Source: Stylophora pistillata (taxonomy: Eukaryota). Taken from it: a stretch of 64,000 bases of DNA. Below the pieces are notes generated by a model. The model did not search any database and had not been told where the DNA came from. It saw only the letters and a list, made by a program, of their open reading frames with translations. This document shows positions 12,501 through 26,431 of the stretch, one piece after another. Within the stretch, counting starts at the first letter, position 1. Each line of letters begins with the position of its first letter. The translations under genes were made by a program, and so were the position numbers. The stretch is taken from contig NW_019217881.1 in the NCBI RefSeq assembly GCF_002571385.2, forward strand, positions 13,610-77,609, in the 5' to 3' direction.

Positions 12501-15500
12501 AGTCTTACATTACGGGAAGGAGTGGATGTCCTGTGCACTGCTTGATGCTGACTTAGTTGCAAGTCCTCTAACTTCGACTCTAGATTTGATTCATCGATCT
12601 TTCCCAGCATCTTAGGTGATTCAGAGCCAGGTGCATACTTGGAACATGGACTCGCGTCAAAGTCAAGACTACTGCCATACCACGCCATGGATTTTATATT
12701 GTCTTGGCTTGACAAGTAGCTGTCACTACTACTTAAACGATTCAACCGTTGCCTAAATCTTCCATCAGTAGCCTCCAGCAGATTTTCAGAATCCTCATTG
12801 GGCAGGGCACCAGCCTCCTGATCAGCTGGGGATGGCATGTCAAGGCTTTCCACGCTGTCTGTATCACTTGCAAGAGAGAAGCCCGCTTTGGGTTCCTCAG
12901 TAGACCTTTCTTTGCTTTCTCTTTTGCCACCTTTTGAAGGCTGAAGCTGGCCAGCAGCTTCAGTTTCTTTTCCTGTTACTGTACCTACCAACAACAGTAA
13001 AAATATTGGGAATATTTATTTTAAGGACTGTTTACACAAGTCATGTAACAGGCTTGCACCAGCTCTGAGTAATGGCAAAGATACTTTTTTTTTTCAGGCT
13101 TTATTTCCGCTGCTGCTTAAGTATTGTTCATTATTGTGATGATCACCCTCCTCGTGTTTATGGTTTAATGTAACAATTTGAGTAGTTTCCATGCATTTTG
13201 ACAAACAAATGGTCAGAAAAATACCCAAAATATCTTCTAGTACAACTTTTGCAGGGGAGGACTCCACAATCATTTATTATTCTTGAAATTTCCGAATATT
13301 TGACTCTATCCTCACTCAATGTTTATTCTTTGCACTGTTTTTATTGTTGATTTGCCACACATATGCACAGACAGCAGTATTACCCACAGTTAAGTCTGGG
13401 AACTAACCTGGAGTAAAAACAGGAAAAGAAGCAGCATTTCTGATAGGAGACACTTTATCCTCCCTGGTACTTGAGGGAAAGAAAGCACTGTTTACTGTTG
13501 GAAACACCTTAACCTCTGGATGTTTAGGAGAGCTACCTGACGAAACTTGACCACCTTCTTGACCTGGTAAAGGTCTTAGCGGATTTGGTGATTTGGATGG
13601 TTCAGACCTTTCATTATGAATAGTTTTATCATCTTGGGGCATAATTTGCTTAGGACCACTGGACTTTTCCAATCGACTCCACCTTGAGAAAGATGACTTG
13701 GTAAACTGAAGCCTATCCTGTTGTAGGTGTGGTCGTCTTTTACGTTTCTGCTCAGTGAGTCTTTCAAGAGGAAGATCTGCCATGTCCAAGCCATAGACTG
13801 TTCTTGCCATCACTCTGGTTAAAGTTTCCATTGTCACCTGGATAAACACCACACCAATATATTAATTACTGTTTTAAATGACATGTGTACTTTGGAGAGG
13901 TACACCAATCTTTGAAAATACCTTATACATTAATTGTACACCTCTAAAGAAAAATGCACGATGCTTTTGGAAGATTAAATGACATGCTCAATTCACCATG
14001 ATAAAAGGAGTTTGATACAATTTCTAAACCTTTGTCAGATGGCAGCTATGATACTGATTGCTTGCGACATACATTTGCCTTTACGTGCAGAGTTGGTATG
14101 TTGAAGAGAGACACAATAAGATAGTAATCATAATTTTAAAAAAAATTACACACAAAAAACAACCAGGATCAAAATCAGTATCTAAAAAAATTTGTGGTTT
14201 GAATACTTACACTCCATTCAGATATTAACTCCTCCCAGTGAGTTGCAGATGAAACAACTTCTAAACACTTGTCCCATAAGGAAATGGGAATTTTCACTTT
14301 AAGATTGGCTCGAATCCAAGTTACAAATAAAGTCTGTTGAGCGCAAAAAAATTAGGAAAATAATGATTAAGTGTTCAACCCTTTACACCTTAACATTAGT
14401 ATCTACATTTTTCTCTGTTTCATGGAAGATAGCTGGATGCCCAATGCCTTGTTCTAAGAAGAATTGTGCCATGGCAAGCATAATAAGGGAACCCCACCAA
14501 AGCGCTTCAAAGACTGGCTGAGGTGGCAGCTAAGTGCAGCTGGGAACCCAGAAAAGGAGTGCAAAAGAAACACAGAGGACTGGGATAGCTGGAGAGCTCT
14601 GTCAAGGTGAGGTGCTGCAGCCTTTAAGGCCAGAAAAGATGCTGTGGAGGAGGAATGGAGGAGAAGAAAGGCATCAGCTGCCCTGAGACCCCTGCCCAAA
14701 GATTCCCATGCTCATGGTGTAGCAGACTGGGAGATTAAGGATTGGCTTGCACAATCACCAGAGGGCATGGTGACAGGGATGTCCTTCCCACTGATCCTCG
14801 CTCCTGAGGAACCCGCCATCATCATTATCATCATCACAAATATAAAAAAAAACTAAATTAAAGAAAAATCTTAAACCTTTAACATTTCTGATGGCAAGTG
14901 CGATCATACTCTTACAAGTAAACAAACCTGAAGTAAACTTCCAGCTACTTGTGTAGCTATTATGCTAGCTTTGTTCTGGGACTTCTCAGGCACCAGGAGA
15001 TGTCTTGAAGCTTCAAGTAGAGCTTCTAACATCTGTTCCCTGTTGAAAACAAAAAAATGTTGTAAAGGAAAAAGATATGAAGTGGAATGACTGTCATTTT
15101 AGCAGAACAATTTCAACAGCTGATGAATGAGTACAAGAAATCATTAATCAAATCAATACCAAGTGGTTGGTTCCATTGGAACTTCTAGAACAATGCTTCG
15201 ATAGAGATGGACCACTCGTTTGCAAACATCAACCTAAAACAAAAGTATACAAAAATCTAGATGGTTATAGAAGCCTTTAAAACAAAACCTCCTAACCTTG
15301 TGTTTGCTTGGCCACCAACCCTGAGCTCTTGCAAGCTTGCTGGGCAAACATTTACAAACAAAGTTAGTTACCACAGATGTGTAAAAGAGTCTGGCTAACC
15401 TGTTTATCCAAATAATCCACATCATCCTCAACAAGGAACACTGCAGCTGCATGTAGAATAAAAAGCCTTAGATTTGCCTGAAGACCAGCTCTTACATCTT

Positions 15501-18500
15501 CACAAGGAAGTCTGAATGCTCTCTCTCTTTCTTTATCTACAGCATAAGAATACGAAAATGTTCTAATGGGACTTTGTGGACTGTAATTGGCATCCTTGAC
15601 AGTCAAAGAAGGAAATACTTCCTGATCGGGTTCTAGCATGAAGGTAGGTCTTTCAGGATTCTAAAAGTAAAAAATGTATTAGGTGGACATCAGTGGCATG
15701 ATGGTATAATTGGATATGTGCACTTCTCTAGATTAAAATGCCTGTGCTTGATCCCAAGGTGGGTAAATTTTTTGTGCTCTTGGGTGAGACATGATGTACT
15801 CTAAGTTGTTCAACTCTTTTTTTTTCTTGGGAGCATACTGTCAAACAGTGCATCAGCAAATATATCAAATAGTTGTTGGAAAAACTTGATGCAGTTCTGG
15901 GGAATAACCTGTGATGGGTAACAGAAACCTAAGTCTGGCAGGGTGGGTGCCATGAGGTATATGCTAGACATCATTGTTAAGATTTAACAGAGGTGAAACA
16001 TTTTCTTCCAGGATTTAACCTACAGGACTGAATAAATATTTGTCTAGACAGGTAGAAAAGATGAGAAAGAAAGAACTAAATTTAGAGAAAACTACTTCAA
16101 AAAATGGTTGAATATTATCCCTTTATCCTCTAATATCATTATGTATATTCTCCATACTCTTCTCTATACATTTACTAAGGAGATGACAAGGAGAATTTGT
16201 TCTACAATCAAGAGCTTCTTTCATTGGTGATCATTTCCATTATTTTTGTTATCATTTACTTTATTTTTATGACTTTGATACATGATTCAGTGGTGCTATT
16301 GTAAGAAGAAATTAGATGCTAGTCAACTTACCTTAAGCCACTCATGATACACAAGCAGGACCTGCCTGATGGTGCTTAAATGCTTGGCTGGAAGACAAAA
16401 AGCCTGGAGAAATCATAGAGAAAAATCAATAAGATTGTTTAACCCTTTACACTCTTAACATCAGCATGCATACTCTCTAGAAACTGCTCAACAGTAAAGA
16501 AGTAAAGACCTTTTTCAGTTGGTGTTCATTTCCTTGGTTCTCCTGACCTTAATGTGTGACTCGGGAGAAATTAGATTCCTGTCTCTCGAAGGGATCAAAG
16601 GGTTACAATGTATGTGCTATGCATCTACAGCTGGAACTGGTTTCATTAATGATTGAGTTATTTAATATACCTGACGCAAGACCTCATGAAGAAGCCGGAT
16701 GTTTGCCTTGGTGGAGTATAAAACCTTTCTGATCACCTCACTAGCATCCGGTAAGTATTCTCTGTTAAGTGTGGGACTGAATTTGACTGAATCAGGGGAG
16801 CCTAGCTCACTACTCTCTGATGATGTTATCGACACAACTGATTGATTGACAGCTAATAATGATTCTGAGGTGCTGTCAGTTCTCTTGAATCTGACCGTGA
16901 AGGCCACAAACCAGCGTAAAACTGAGTCCCTTGCACTGGTCATCAACATTTCAGACTCACTGTTCTTAGGTCTACTGTGAGGAACTTGTGCAGCTAAACA
17001 GAGTAAGGAAAAATTAATGAATGCCCTTGTATGAAGATAGAGGTAGAGTGTAGCATAATGGATACCCGTTTAGGCATCTTCTGTAAAACAAGACAGTTAG
17101 TCAGCTGATTGGTGAGCCAGTCAATTAATTGTCATTCAATTACTCAATCAATCAATCAAATCAGTCAACTGATTGGTTGGTAATTGTAGATACAGTGGAA
17201 CCTCAATTTAACAAAGTGCCAAGGGACTGGGGAAATTGATATGTTATATTGAGGGTTTGTTATACCAAAATCCTCGACAAATTTGCTGAAAAACAACCAA
17301 AATGTTCCTTATAATGAGGTAGGGTTGATAATTGTTGCTGTTGTTTTTTTTGTGTGTGGTATGATGTTGTGCTTAATGTCCATAGAAAGCTACAGTACAC
17401 TGTACCGGTCTGTACATAGCTCAGGCACCAGAAACTAAACGGGTCAACAAAATTTTAACAATTGCAACTGGCTTGTCAAATGTCATGATGAATAGTGCAA
17501 CTGAACAGAAAACTTAAACTAACAAAACCACTTTACTTTACCACTAAAATTGTTAATCAAGATGCTAAATCAAACAATTTTTCTAATTGCCTCATATTTT
17601 GTCTTTTGTTAAAATGCATCTTTCATTCAAGAGAAGGAGTGTGGAAATTGCACTTCTTTTGTGCCTGACTTGTCAAATGTCATAATGAACATGAACAGTG
17701 TGTACAGTATTAAACAACAGAACACTACCATATAGTACTGCACTGTTGGTCTGTTTTGCACTTGTCTTTGGTAACAGGTTAACATTTATTCACTATATCA
17801 GGGCATCTGTATATGTTGGGCTCCTGGATTGTGTTCATTATGACGAGGATTTCATGATATCAAGGTTTGTTATATCGAGGTTCTGTTGCATACATTTTAC
17901 AGTAACTTTAGCCAGGCTGAAAAGTATCATTTATTATACTGAGGACTTTGTTATATAGAGGTTTGTTTGATTGAAGTTCTACTGTAGGGCAGTTTCACTA
18001 TAAAATAAGAACTGCTGAAAGTGAATGTACTATCTTCTAACCAGGATTGGATTGATAGAGCAATCTTGATGGATTCCAGTCCTGAAAAATGTGCGGCAGA
18101 TAGAATCTTTTGAAGTTTTCAAACAAGAAATAGAATGCATGCTCCCTGCTTCTTTTGTCAGTCCACTCAATCTGGACAAGCTAAAAAGAAAACAAACAAA
18201 AATCACATAAACAACAAACACACATGAACAACCACAATCATAAATGAAATGAACTACAGCACTGATGCCCAATGCAATATTAAGAAAGACCTCAAAATGT
18301 ACCTGAGTACTCATACAGTCCAACACTCTGTCCAGGAAGAACTTTGTCAGTGTTTCTGGGGAAGGCATCCTTTCACTTGGATTTGCTGGAAGAATTGGTC
18401 CTACCTCATCTGGGAAACACCACTCTTGAAAAACAGAGATGAAACAAAGTTATAGGTTGGGCAGCTACTTTTGAGCTTACACTTTTATCCTAATACAATT

Positions 18501-21500
18501 AAATATATATAAACATCAACAGTGCTAAATTTTTATACATGATACATCTTCTATTCATAGGAATCCCACCATATGCTTAATGCAAAAATCTATTTATGGT
18601 CCATGCAGCAGTGCACAAAGGACAATAGAGAACACAGGCTATTGATGGAGGAATCAGCAATAATTAAATCATTCATAGCATCTGATGCTCTTAGGAACAA
18701 ATTTATCAAACCAAACCTTTAACAAGGATATTGAAATTAGGGGTTTTCAAAAACTCTACATGAGTATGGCTCACAGCAAAAAAAGCGTTAAACAATTATC
18801 CAAAACGTATTCCTGTGTAACCAAAGAGTATAAGTCTTTGACTATAACCTATATGTCAATAAAACAATTCTTTCACTAACCTTCTCTCTCTCCATCAGAA
18901 GAAAACAAATGCATGTTGCGGGTTGAAGCAAGCAGATCCCTGGATGCCAAGTCACCGATTGACAGATATATTTCTTCAGCACAAGCTTTGGACAGCTTGT
19001 TCTTACTCCAGTCAAGACCATTAACAGGATTTGGAAAACCAGGAATCAAACATGCATAGATAAGCTGACACAACTCGTCTGAGTTGTCCTGTAATGCTTG
19101 GAACCACAGCATGAACAGACGAACACCCTCTCGCCGTAGCTATTGTTGACAAAGTGGAGACAAGTACTTTAAAAGGTTAAGTCAGTACTTAAACCAGGTG
19201 GCTCATTCAGCCTAAGCTTCTATCTATCTTAGTTTCCACAGCACGAAGCAACTAAGAGTATGTCTACTATCACGACAGAGCTGAATAATGTGTGTGCATG
19301 CACTAGGTTTTGCCGTGGAAAACAGATTTTTGAGTAGTTTGCAAGGTTGATTTCCTCTTCTGTTACCTCGAGGCATTATTTTCTTTGCCACTTTTCTTGT
19401 ACAAAACAACCTCTAAAAACTTGGTACACCTATAACGTTTTGAAAATTAATTTTCTCGTAAAACCTCTGGATATAGGAAAATGCCTTTGATGAAAACAAA
19501 GTTCCTCGGTTTTAAATGTAAGCCCTTGATATTTTCTGCTTATTTTGCTAAATTATTTTAGACCTAGACCACTTGAGCCCACATTGATGACCTCATACCT
19601 TCTGACATAGCATTTCATTATTCAGCCCTGTCTACTACCCCTGGATGGGATGCCAGATTATGGATGATAATACTGTAGCATTCTTGCAGGAGGAGGAAGT
19701 GTTTAGGAGAAGGATTAAGGGGCAAGGGGCAAGGGGCAAGGGGCAAGGGGCAAGGGGCAAGGGGCAAGGGAAAAGGGCAAGGGGCAAGGGAAAAGGGCAA
19801 GGGGCAACGGTGAGGATACCACTAAGGAATAAAATGTTCAAATACCATTTTAAGATGAAGAACACTTGAATGGTTAATTTTAATGGTTAATTTAATAATG
19901 GAAGCTTGAATGGTCCATATGTTTCCCTTCTAGTCCTGTAACGTGTTCGCTAAGACAGACAGTGAAACACCAGAGACTCTAAACACAACATTTAATCTTG
20001 TAAGCCGAGTGCACATCAAGCGAAGCAAACGGATACATCCAGGAACTCAGATGTAAGGTAAACTGTATAAATTAACTCAACATACATAAATTAACATCGT
20101 TACAAGTCCTTCCCCACAACAATTTTTGTTTGTTTTTGTTTGTTTGTTTGTTTGTTTTTGTTTTTTGGTCTTTTAGGTCTTAGTAGGTAATTAATTGTTT
20201 TCTTATGGAATTTAGTTAATGCAGTGAAAATGGAATAAATTAAATTAACACCACAGACCTAGAAACCTCATAACAGCCAAAGTTATAACCAAAGTTAAAC
20301 TGACAACTTCCCCTTGCAATAAGAGTAATTGATATATTCAACAGACCTGAGAGCGACATCTTACCTTTAAGACATTTCCACGATGAAGAAGCTTTCGCAT
20401 TACACGTGCTATAAGGAAATTAAAGGCAAGAAAATAAATCATCATAATTCACACGAGGCAAGAACATAGGTTCTTCCCATCTTTCCAAAGCAACTATGTA
20501 ACATGAACATTACCAAAGATGTGAAGGATATATGGAGTCTCGGTCCACTTTTAACATTGCTACAGTTAAAAATGTAGGCTTCTCCAAATCAATTTGAGGT
20601 GTTTATTGAAAGGCTTGATGGAATTCTGAGAGAGTCAAGCTTTCAAGCAAGTGATAAACACCATCAAGGTGGTTAATGGTTGGAGATGAATGTAACTAGA
20701 AAATTGGTTCACAGAACAATATTGACTCAAGAAGCTGGCATCACAATATTATCTGGTCTTGGTAATTGCATTGCTTTATTTTGGAACAAAACAGTGGAAG
20801 TTTCTTTGTTTATGTCTCATCATGACAAAGACAGGATATGAATTAAACATTTTTTTTAAAATAAAAACCCTAATTATCACCTAGAATTGTATGAGAGGAA
20901 AGCTGTCAAAAATGAGTTAAAGCAATACTAATTAAAGGAAGTGCAAACTAAAAAATAATAGGATTACTTAAATCATGGTGGAATTTCCGATTAAATGGAC
21001 ATATGACTGATAGTATTTTTTATTTGATGTTTAGAGACCTACTGTAAATATAATATTATGGATTTCAAAGTTAAATTTCTACAAACAAATCAGCATAATT
21101 ACCAATACTGTTGAACTGCCATCGCTTCTGAATCAATTCAGGAAGATAGCGCAATATTCTCTGTTCAATAATTATAAAAACAAGCCATTACTTCACAAGC
21201 AACATGACAACTAATCTAACTGTGAGCATTTTAATATCAATTGCAAGAAAACCATAAAAAAGCTTATATTTTAACACAAACTTACTGAACGCTTGACATC
21301 GCTAGAATATCACACCGCTGTGATTCTAAATACATAAACGTTATCATCAACAAATTTAAGGTGGTGTCAAATGTGTTTAAACCTTTCCATCGTACCTCTA
21401 AAATGAAGAGAACCGAATCGAGGTCTCCCGCTTGCGATTTGTGGCCTGAAAAAATAAACAGAAAAACGAGAAGGCTGCATTCTAGTCGATCTCAAAAACT

Positions 21501-22008
21501 GACAGTCTAAATAGTCGTCTGCAACTAGACTCTGCATGCGAGCTGTTACCTAATAGACAAAACTTTCATCGTAACCAATAGCAGGACTAAAATGGGAACT
21601 TCTCAAGCACACCACTGTTATGTTGTGACCAATATCCGTGCAAAAGGGCAAGTCTGGTGAAATTTCTTTCAAAAATACTGACCTTTAGTCTTGAGGTTCG
21701 TCTCAACCATGGAAAATACATCGTGAAATACGTAGAATATTTCCGAATAATGGCTACTAAAAAATATCCTTGAGTCAGACGGATCAAAGTACTCTGCAGG
21801 AAAAATACAAACGCAAATTATTTGAATGACGCTATGAATGCAAATCCCAAAGTGTATTGTTACTTTACAACAGTTTGCAGTTTGCAAGATCACTCGCACC
21901 TAACAGAGTTCGTAGAGCCCGTAGCCGACTTTGGCTTTCTTTTTTGGGATCTATGAATCTGTGCGTAGTTTTCTTGATATCCGGATAGGCTCTCCCTTTA
22001 TGGAACAT
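5110..22008 (-). CDS. RALGAPA1: Ral GTPase-activating protein subunit alpha (RALGAPA1/2 orthologue), about 26 visible exons, internal part lost in the assembly gap
   Basis: N-terminus [36 protein letters not shown]; [17 protein letters not shown]; [14 protein letters not shown]; Rap/Ran-GAP domain end [20 protein letters not shown] (Asn thumb) and [16 protein letters not shown] at 22008, TAA at 5110-5112. Confidence 0.93.
6272..6788 (-). other. U12-type (minor spliceosome) GT-AG intron in RalGAP alpha
   Basis: 5' site GTATCCTTT at 6788; branch site TTCCTTGAT at 6292-6284, 12 nt before the AG end at 6272. Splicing gives in-frame ...YEKY|FEER..., matching the RalGAP-alpha C-terminal FYEER-like motif. 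Confidence 0.9.
6390..6600 (+). mobile_element. Penelope-like element terminal (pLTR) fragment with a degenerate minimal hammerhead motif
   Basis: ctctgacgaaggctaacgctcga..cgtcagc followed by ggtggccaattta...cccaccgacgcagcaccacagtttctttagaaact. Homologous to 10140-10340 and 47725-47823. Confidence 0.7.
7803..8149 (-). mobile_element. tRNA-derived SINE, apparently full length
   Basis: Minus strand has an A-box-like TAGCCCAATGG and a B-box-like GGTTCGAGGCC in a tRNA-like head. The body begins ccaacactcgggtcttaaaataa. It ends in aataaa followed by (gagat)n. Confidence 0.75.
8271..8798. other. Assembly gap (528 N)
   Basis: Run of N. Confidence 1.
9294..9505 (+). mobile_element. ~210-bp TTAA-flanked MITE (piggyBac-like ends), family A
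   Basis: ttaa-(a)cct...aggg-ttaa ends; core catcagtatgcatattctccatactgttctctatacatt...aggagaatttgtttaacaatc. Further copies or fragments at 10746-10960, 14375-14410, 16116-16326, 16439-16604, 23339-23673 (-) and 27890-28090 (-). Confidence 0.8.
10140..10340 (-). mobile_element. Penelope-like terminal fragment with a minimal type-I hammerhead motif
   Basis: Minus strand reads gctCCGACGAagggctaacgctcGAAACGTCagc, followed by the same downstream sequence as 6390-6600. Confidence 0.72.
10746..10960 (+). mobile_element. TTAA-flanked MITE, family A copy
   Basis: Near-identical to 9294-9505, with ttaa at both ends. Confidence 0.8.
12162..12378. mobile_element. TTAA-type MITE, family B
   Basis: TIRs ttaacccttcaactcccaag ... 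ctgggagttaaagggtt. A related copy lies at ~51295-51490. Confidence 0.7.
14420..14836 (+). mobile_element. Decayed 3' fragment of an RTE-clade LINE
   Basis: Frameshifted peptide ...[13 protein letters not shown]...WDSWRALSR...EEEWRRRK, resembling an RTE RT C-terminus. Ends in an (atc)n tail. Confidence 0.6.
16439..16604 (+). mobile_element. TTAA-flanked MITE, family A copy (internally deleted)
   Basis: ttaaccctttacac...tcaaagggtta ends and the family core. Confidence 0.7.
17193..17984. mobile_element. Tc1/mariner (pogo/Tigger-like) non-autonomous element
   Basis: TA-cagtggaacctc ... gaagttctactg-TA ends, with subterminal gttatatcgagg-type repeats. Confidence 0.7.
19717..19807 (+). repeat. 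(AAGGGGC)n 7-bp tandem repeat, about 13 units
   Basis: Directly visible; two units carry the variant aagggaa. Confidence 0.95.
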
Positions 22009-22009
22009 A

Positions 22010-22658
22010 TTTGTGTCCCACACATCGAGATGAAATTGGAGAAAGTATCACCATTAATCTCTCGAAGTTCATTCATGACGCGGCAGCCATGTTCATTACC
22101 ACTTCCAGATGGAGGTAGATTTGCGCATGTGTAACGTTGTCAAAATATTTACTTACCGGGATGGGGCGGGTGTTTTCTGGTGATTTGAAAATCCGAAGAA
22201 AAAATGGAAAATAATGGAGAACCCATTTTTGAGGATGAAAGCAGATAGCTACAAAATTTGTAGTCAAATCACGTGGGGTGAGAAAAATAGATAGGCATAT
22301 ATTCTAACAAAACAGCAAAGCAAGGATTTTCATTTATGCATCTCTTGAAGGTATTTTGCGGACGGTTTCCAGACCTAAAATTAAAAAATGAGAAATAATG
22401 CTGATGGTGAGGAAAAGTTTTAGGCTCGAGATCGTCCAAACCACTAAAACTGACGACAAGGTCCCGAAAGTATCCCGAAGGAGGCCCGACATCTTCCCAC
22501 GAGACTTTTCAAATCTCCCGCCTTCAATGCGCGCGCATTTTCCGCTATTCGCACGAGGTGAACTCAAAGTTAACATTTGTTTAGAAGGAAATCAGAGCCC
22601 TTTAGCTGTTTCTCCGTTTCTTTAGCTCTGTTGAAGCGAAAGGAAATAAAAACCAAAA
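22010..22658. promoter_or_regulatory. Putative bidirectional promoter shared by RalGAP alpha and RCC1
   Basis: Start codons are 650 bp apart, head to head. Probable RalGAP 5'-UTR donor (ccg|gtaagt, minus, ~22156), GC box ggggcggg (~22163), E-box cacgtg (~22270), E2F-like tcccgcc (~22516), tgcgcgcgca palindrome. Confidence 0.6.
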
Positions 22659-25246
22659 ATGCCTGCAAGGAAACGTCAGACAAGCAAAAGGAAGGCAGAA
22701 GAGCCCGCAAAGGATGCAGTTAACAAGAAGAAAGACAAGCGAGGTCAGCTTTTCTCACTGAACCCGCCACTCAGTACATAATGTGTTGCTGGGATCGACC
22801 TTTGTCAGTTCTTGGTTTCGTTAATTTGATACTTCTCTGACATGAAGAGCTAACTGCATATCATCTGTTGGAATATATGATAACTGGATTCAAATTGTGT
22901 GGAATTTTGTAAGCTTATACACACATAAAAATTTCATGCATGGCTAAAATATTTGTATTTTTGGAATGAGAAACAGTATTGTATGCTGAAACATACAACA
23001 GAGCTTTGATTTTATCTAAACCATCTTATATAGAGAGCATTAGATATTTTATCCATTTTTGAGCAGAGGTAGTATTTAAAGTGAGCAATTACTCTGTTTG
23101 GTTACAGAAGCTGCAAGTGTTGACCAGAGGGAAGTTGGGCATGTCTTGACACTCGGGCAGGGTGATGTGGGGCAGTTAGGTCTGGGTGAAGATACCTTGG
23201 AAAGAAAGAAACCAGCCATAGTGAAAGGACTTGATGATCTGGAAATTGTTCAAGTGGAATGTGGAGGAATGCATACTGTAGCTCTCACTGACAGTGGAAA
23301 GGTGATGTCAGGTTGCATGATTTATCAACAGCGCTCTCTTAACCTTTTCAAAGCCCCAAGAGTATCTAGCATCTAATTTCTCCTTCCAGTATCACCGCTG
23401 AATCAAACAGTAGGGTTATGAGAATAAAAGAAATGATTGCCAACCAAAGAAGCTCTTGATTGTAAAACAAATTCTCCTTGTCATTGCCAAAGGAAATGTA
23501 ATGGAAACAACAACAACAACAACTTTATTTGCACCCCTGAATTAAATTAAATTTGCATTACAAAAAAAAGTAATAAAACAAATAAAATAAAGTGCATGGC
23601 TGCCCAATAGAATTGAGCAGCCATCCTTAGGATTTTAGAATAAGCACAGTGATGTTAGGGTGTAATGGGTGTTAACTGATGTTTGGTGAATTGATTTCTG
23701 TGCACCAAGGAGTGACCATAGTGAGAGTTAAAGGATTAACACTTCTCTTTCAACTATACTTCTTAATGAAAACTCTGTGCTCATCAACAAAGAAATGTCA
23801 TCTTGAATTGAGAGAATTATTGAACAGATCTTGGGAGGTGAAAGTTTAAAAGCTGATCAATACAAAAGTTGTTTTCTTATACAGGTTTACACTTGGGGTT
23901 GTAATGATGAGGGAGCTTTAGGCCGTGTTACTTCAAGTGAGAATGGTGAAGAGTTTACTGCTGGTCCAGTGCAAGATATAGAGAGTGTAAATGTTGTCAT
24001 GGTGTCAGCAGGGGATAGTCATACAATGGCCTTATCTGACCAAGGAACAGTGTATGGCTGGGGGACATACAGGGTAATTATCAGAAATTAATTCTTCTAA
24101 ATTTGGATGGATCTTGATGCTTCATCAGGAAGAATGATTGATTACTGATTCCCCTTGGTTTCTAGGTTTTTTTTTTAGTAACAAAACTGTTCTCTACATC
24201 ATCTATTACTTAATATCAGATGGAGACTGCACGTGGCCTTCCCTTATGGGGTGTCTTGAAAAACTCGCTCCTGTTTGAAAGGCTTTCCATTAGTCATTCA
24301 AGCGGAATCAACAAATCCTACTTGTTGGTACTAGATTTTTTCTCTGTCCTCCATTCTCTCTCAGTTGTTATAAATCATAACAGTATTATATGTTATAATA
24401 ATTTGAATTCATGTTTAGGATGCAAGTGGACAAGTTGGTCTACAGGCAGATGGTGTCAAACACAAGCCCACTGTTATCCTAACACTTCAGAACAACCCCA
24501 TTATTAAAATAGCATCTGGGAATGACCACACAGTAGCATTGACAAAGGATGGAAATATCTTTACCTGGGGCTGTGCAGAACAAGGCCAGTTGGGAAGAAT
24601 AATGGGATGCTTTACTAGTCGTGGGGGGCGTAGGGGTTTGCAGTACATCTTAAACCCAAAACAAGTTCGCGACAAGAAAAGACTGACATTTAAAGACATT
24701 TTCTGTGGCAGCTACTCCACATTTGCTGTTTCTCAATATGGTGCAGTGTATGCATGGGGACTAAACAACTATGGGCAGCTGGGAACTGGAGATCTTGAAA
24801 CTCTTTATGCTCCAACAAAGGTGGAAGCACTTACATCCTTAATCTCAGACAATAACAAGTGTGTCAGTATAGCCAGTGGTCAGCACCACACAATTGTTCT
24901 AGACTCAAGTGGCAAAGTGTATGCAATGGGAAGAGCAGAATACGGAAGACTTGGTTTAGGTGAAGATGCTAAGGAAACTACCTCTCCAGTTTTAGTTGCA
25001 GCATTAGAATGGAACCCCATTTGCAAGATTGCTTGTGGTGAAGCTGTTAGCTTGGCTGTCTCAAGTAAGGGGGATTTGTACTCGTGGGGTTTTGGAAGTT
25101 GCCTTCAGCTGGGTACAGGAGAGGATGAGGATGAATTTTCACCAGTGAAAGTGGAAGGGAAGAACTTGCAGTCTGAACTTCATGAGGTGTTGGGGGTTTC
25201 TGCTGGAGGACAGCATACAGCTTTACTAGTGAAAGACAGGAAATAA
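22659..25246 (+). CDS. RCC1: Regulator of chromosome condensation 1 (Ran GEF)
   Basis: Four exons: 22659-22743, 23108-23301, 23885-24072, 24419-25246. Basic N-tail [12 protein letters not shown]; RCC1 repeats [60 protein letters not shown]. Confidence 0.95.
23339..23673 (-). mobile_element. TTAA-flanked MITE, family A copy with an internal insertion
   Basis: Reverse-complement of the family core (aaacaaattctccttgtca), ttaacc...gttaa ends, and extra (aca)n/A-rich sequence inside. Confidence 0.65.
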
Positions 25247-26431
25247 TGAACTAACCATACTTCTCTGTGTAAAACATTAATTTGTATGGCAAAAGAATAA
25301 ATAGCTTTCCATTCTGAGGAATGTGTCACTGAAGTGGCACAAAAAATCTACTGGTAATCGTCATAATTTTCTTTGAAAACATCTTTTTATTTTTTTTTTT
25401 TAAAAACAAATGATGTAAATTATTACACTTTAGACAGTGGTGACTGTCATATGTTTTGCTAAGAGTTAATAATGTTCATTATTGAACAAGCTTATTTTGT
25501 CATTTCTTTAATTCACCCATCACAGCAAGGTAAACTTGGTTTGGATGAGAAAATACTCTTATTTTTAATTGTACCGAAAAAAAGAAAGTCAGAATATCTG
25601 CTAGACAGTCATTCAATCTGTAACAAACAGATGACATCAAACAAGGCTCATGAATGAACCCTTATGTATTCATATTTTCAAATAAATTTTGAATCAGAAG
25701 GACTTTAATATTGTTTTTCACTTTGTAAAAGAGCATTTGTTTATTTTATTTTTCTATATTTTCATTTCTTTTTTAAGCTTCTTCATTACATGTGGACTGC
25801 CAGTCAAAATTTTCTCTTTGAGATGTGACTTTTAGCATTCTGGGACATATTGCAGTAACTTTATTTATCCAGACATTGATTTAAGAATCAGTTTGATCAC
25901 AAGTCACAAAGTAATCAGCACAAAATGTTCTGATAGCTGATGGGCTTCCACCTCTTAGTGGCTTCTAATCACAACCCTGTGCGAGAGTGACCGGGTTTAG
26001 AAAAACACATTTTTGAATCACTTCACAGAGCTAGCATTCCTCTGCAAAGTAAATCAGCTAAGCTTGTTTTGCAAACTACTGCTGTTACTGCAAAGGGTTT
26101 CCTTCCCAGTGGTAAAATAAGAGGCATTGTGCAACATCAGCCAGCAACAGGTCTGTCGTGGGTCTAGCACTTATTAATAGTTCCCGACTTTCAGCAAGCT
26201 TCTTCCTGTCTTGGCTCAAATCTTCCCAGGGGGTGAAAAATGTGTGTCTTGCCAGTGTTGATAATGGGGGCCTGCATGGAAGCTAGCTTGTACAATTTAT
26301 ATTTGAGGAGGACCTCTTGAAATGGAACTTACTCCATGGACTGACTTGGCCACAGAACTTGAATTTCTTTGAATAGATTTGTAAAAATTTTTTTTCACTA
26401 GGAATCTTGTGAATCCAACTCCTTCATGTCT

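Noticed and set aside
19618-19869. Pro/Leu- or Gly/Lys-rich ORFs
   Set aside because: They are translations of the 7-bp repeat.
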